Assembly: GCA_033764315.1 (NCBI GenBank)
Contig: JANRJA010000186.1
Location: 1 to 47,782 of the forward strand
DNA: 47,782 bases
Direction: 5' to 3'
From: Oculatellaceae cyanobacterium bins.114
GTDB lineage: Bacteria; Cyanobacteriota; Cyanobacteriia; Elainellales; Elainellaceae
Under the pieces are notes generated by a model that was not told where the DNA came from, made no database searches, and saw nothing but the letters and a program-made list of their open reading frames with translations. Shown here in pieces: positions 47,489 through 47,782 of this stretch (positions within the stretch are counted from its first letter, which is position 1; each line of letters begins with the position of its first letter). A program made the translations under genes and the position numbers.

Positions 47489-47782
47489 GGGAGCATGTCA
47501 CCTTTGTAGTGAGTAAAAATACTTAAGAGGTTGAGGTACTGGAAAATATAAGCGGTATCCGTCAGAATTAGAGCAATTAACTCTGCCAACAAGACCATGC
47601 AACCTGAACAAGAGCAAGCCCTCAAAGCCCATCTTCAAGCAATTGCCAAAATTCTCTATGAGGACAGCGACCCAGATGCCATGCAAACGCTAGAAGGGAT
47701 TGAAATGACCGTCAGACAGAAGATTCAAGCGCACGTGGGTCCAGAGTTGGGAAATTTTTTATTAGAACGATTACAGGAACAA
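47489..47782 (+). mobile_element. ISKra4-family insertion sequence, left end (truncated by window edge)
   Basis: GGGAGCATGTCAC terminus followed by a transposase ORF. Confidence 0.75.
47597..47782 (+). CDS. ISKra4-family transposase N-terminal ORF, partial, probable -1 frameshift
   Basis: MQPEQEQALKAHLQAIAKILYEDSDP...TLEGIEMTVRQ...HVGPELGNF; slippery GGAAATTTTTT, -1 frame continues FIRTITGT. Confidence 0.75.
   Translation, partial: MQPEQEQALKAHLQAIAKILYEDSDPDAMQTLEGIEMTVRQKIQAHVGPELGNFLLERLQEQ

Noticed and set aside
47431..47686. Minus-strand 62-64 aa ORFs
   Set aside because: Antisense to the ISKra4 end and transposase

Overview
Chromosomal segment from a cyanobacterium, probably a filamentous Leptolyngbya/Oculatella-like strain: the HIP1 octamer GCGATCGC is very frequent and the core genes are typically cyanobacterial. 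Most of it is housekeeping or common accessory content. This includes desC, an MFS transporter, a nitroreductase, a DUF2231-DUF2231-ctaCDE(ARTO)-GMC operon, a PPC/CARDB/calpain protease, tRNA-Ser(GCT), patatin, alr, HNH, DHH, sixA, gltA, an RhlE-type helicase, argF, a Wzc-like protein, secDF, sodB, ppk1, a 2.8-kaa DUF4347/Calx-beta/RTX adhesin, a kdsC-like phosphatase and wzm. An IS1-family element is cut by the left edge and an ISKra4-family element by the right edge. The most unusual structure lies just after wzm. It is a complete 814-bp integron-type gene cassette (HNH-like gene plus 86-bp attC) joined to an attI-like palindromic core and a perfect 17-bp inverted repeat, with no integrase in the window. 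The whole module is bracketed by two directly repeated GTAG-REP+HIP1 units. Other notable points are a duplicated promoter with two CRP-type boxes upstream of the giant adhesin, a family of TATAGC...GCTATA MITE-like elements, recurring micro-duplications at gene 3' ends, and a structured leader on the RNA helicase. All calls come from reading the sequence by eye; no searches were run.
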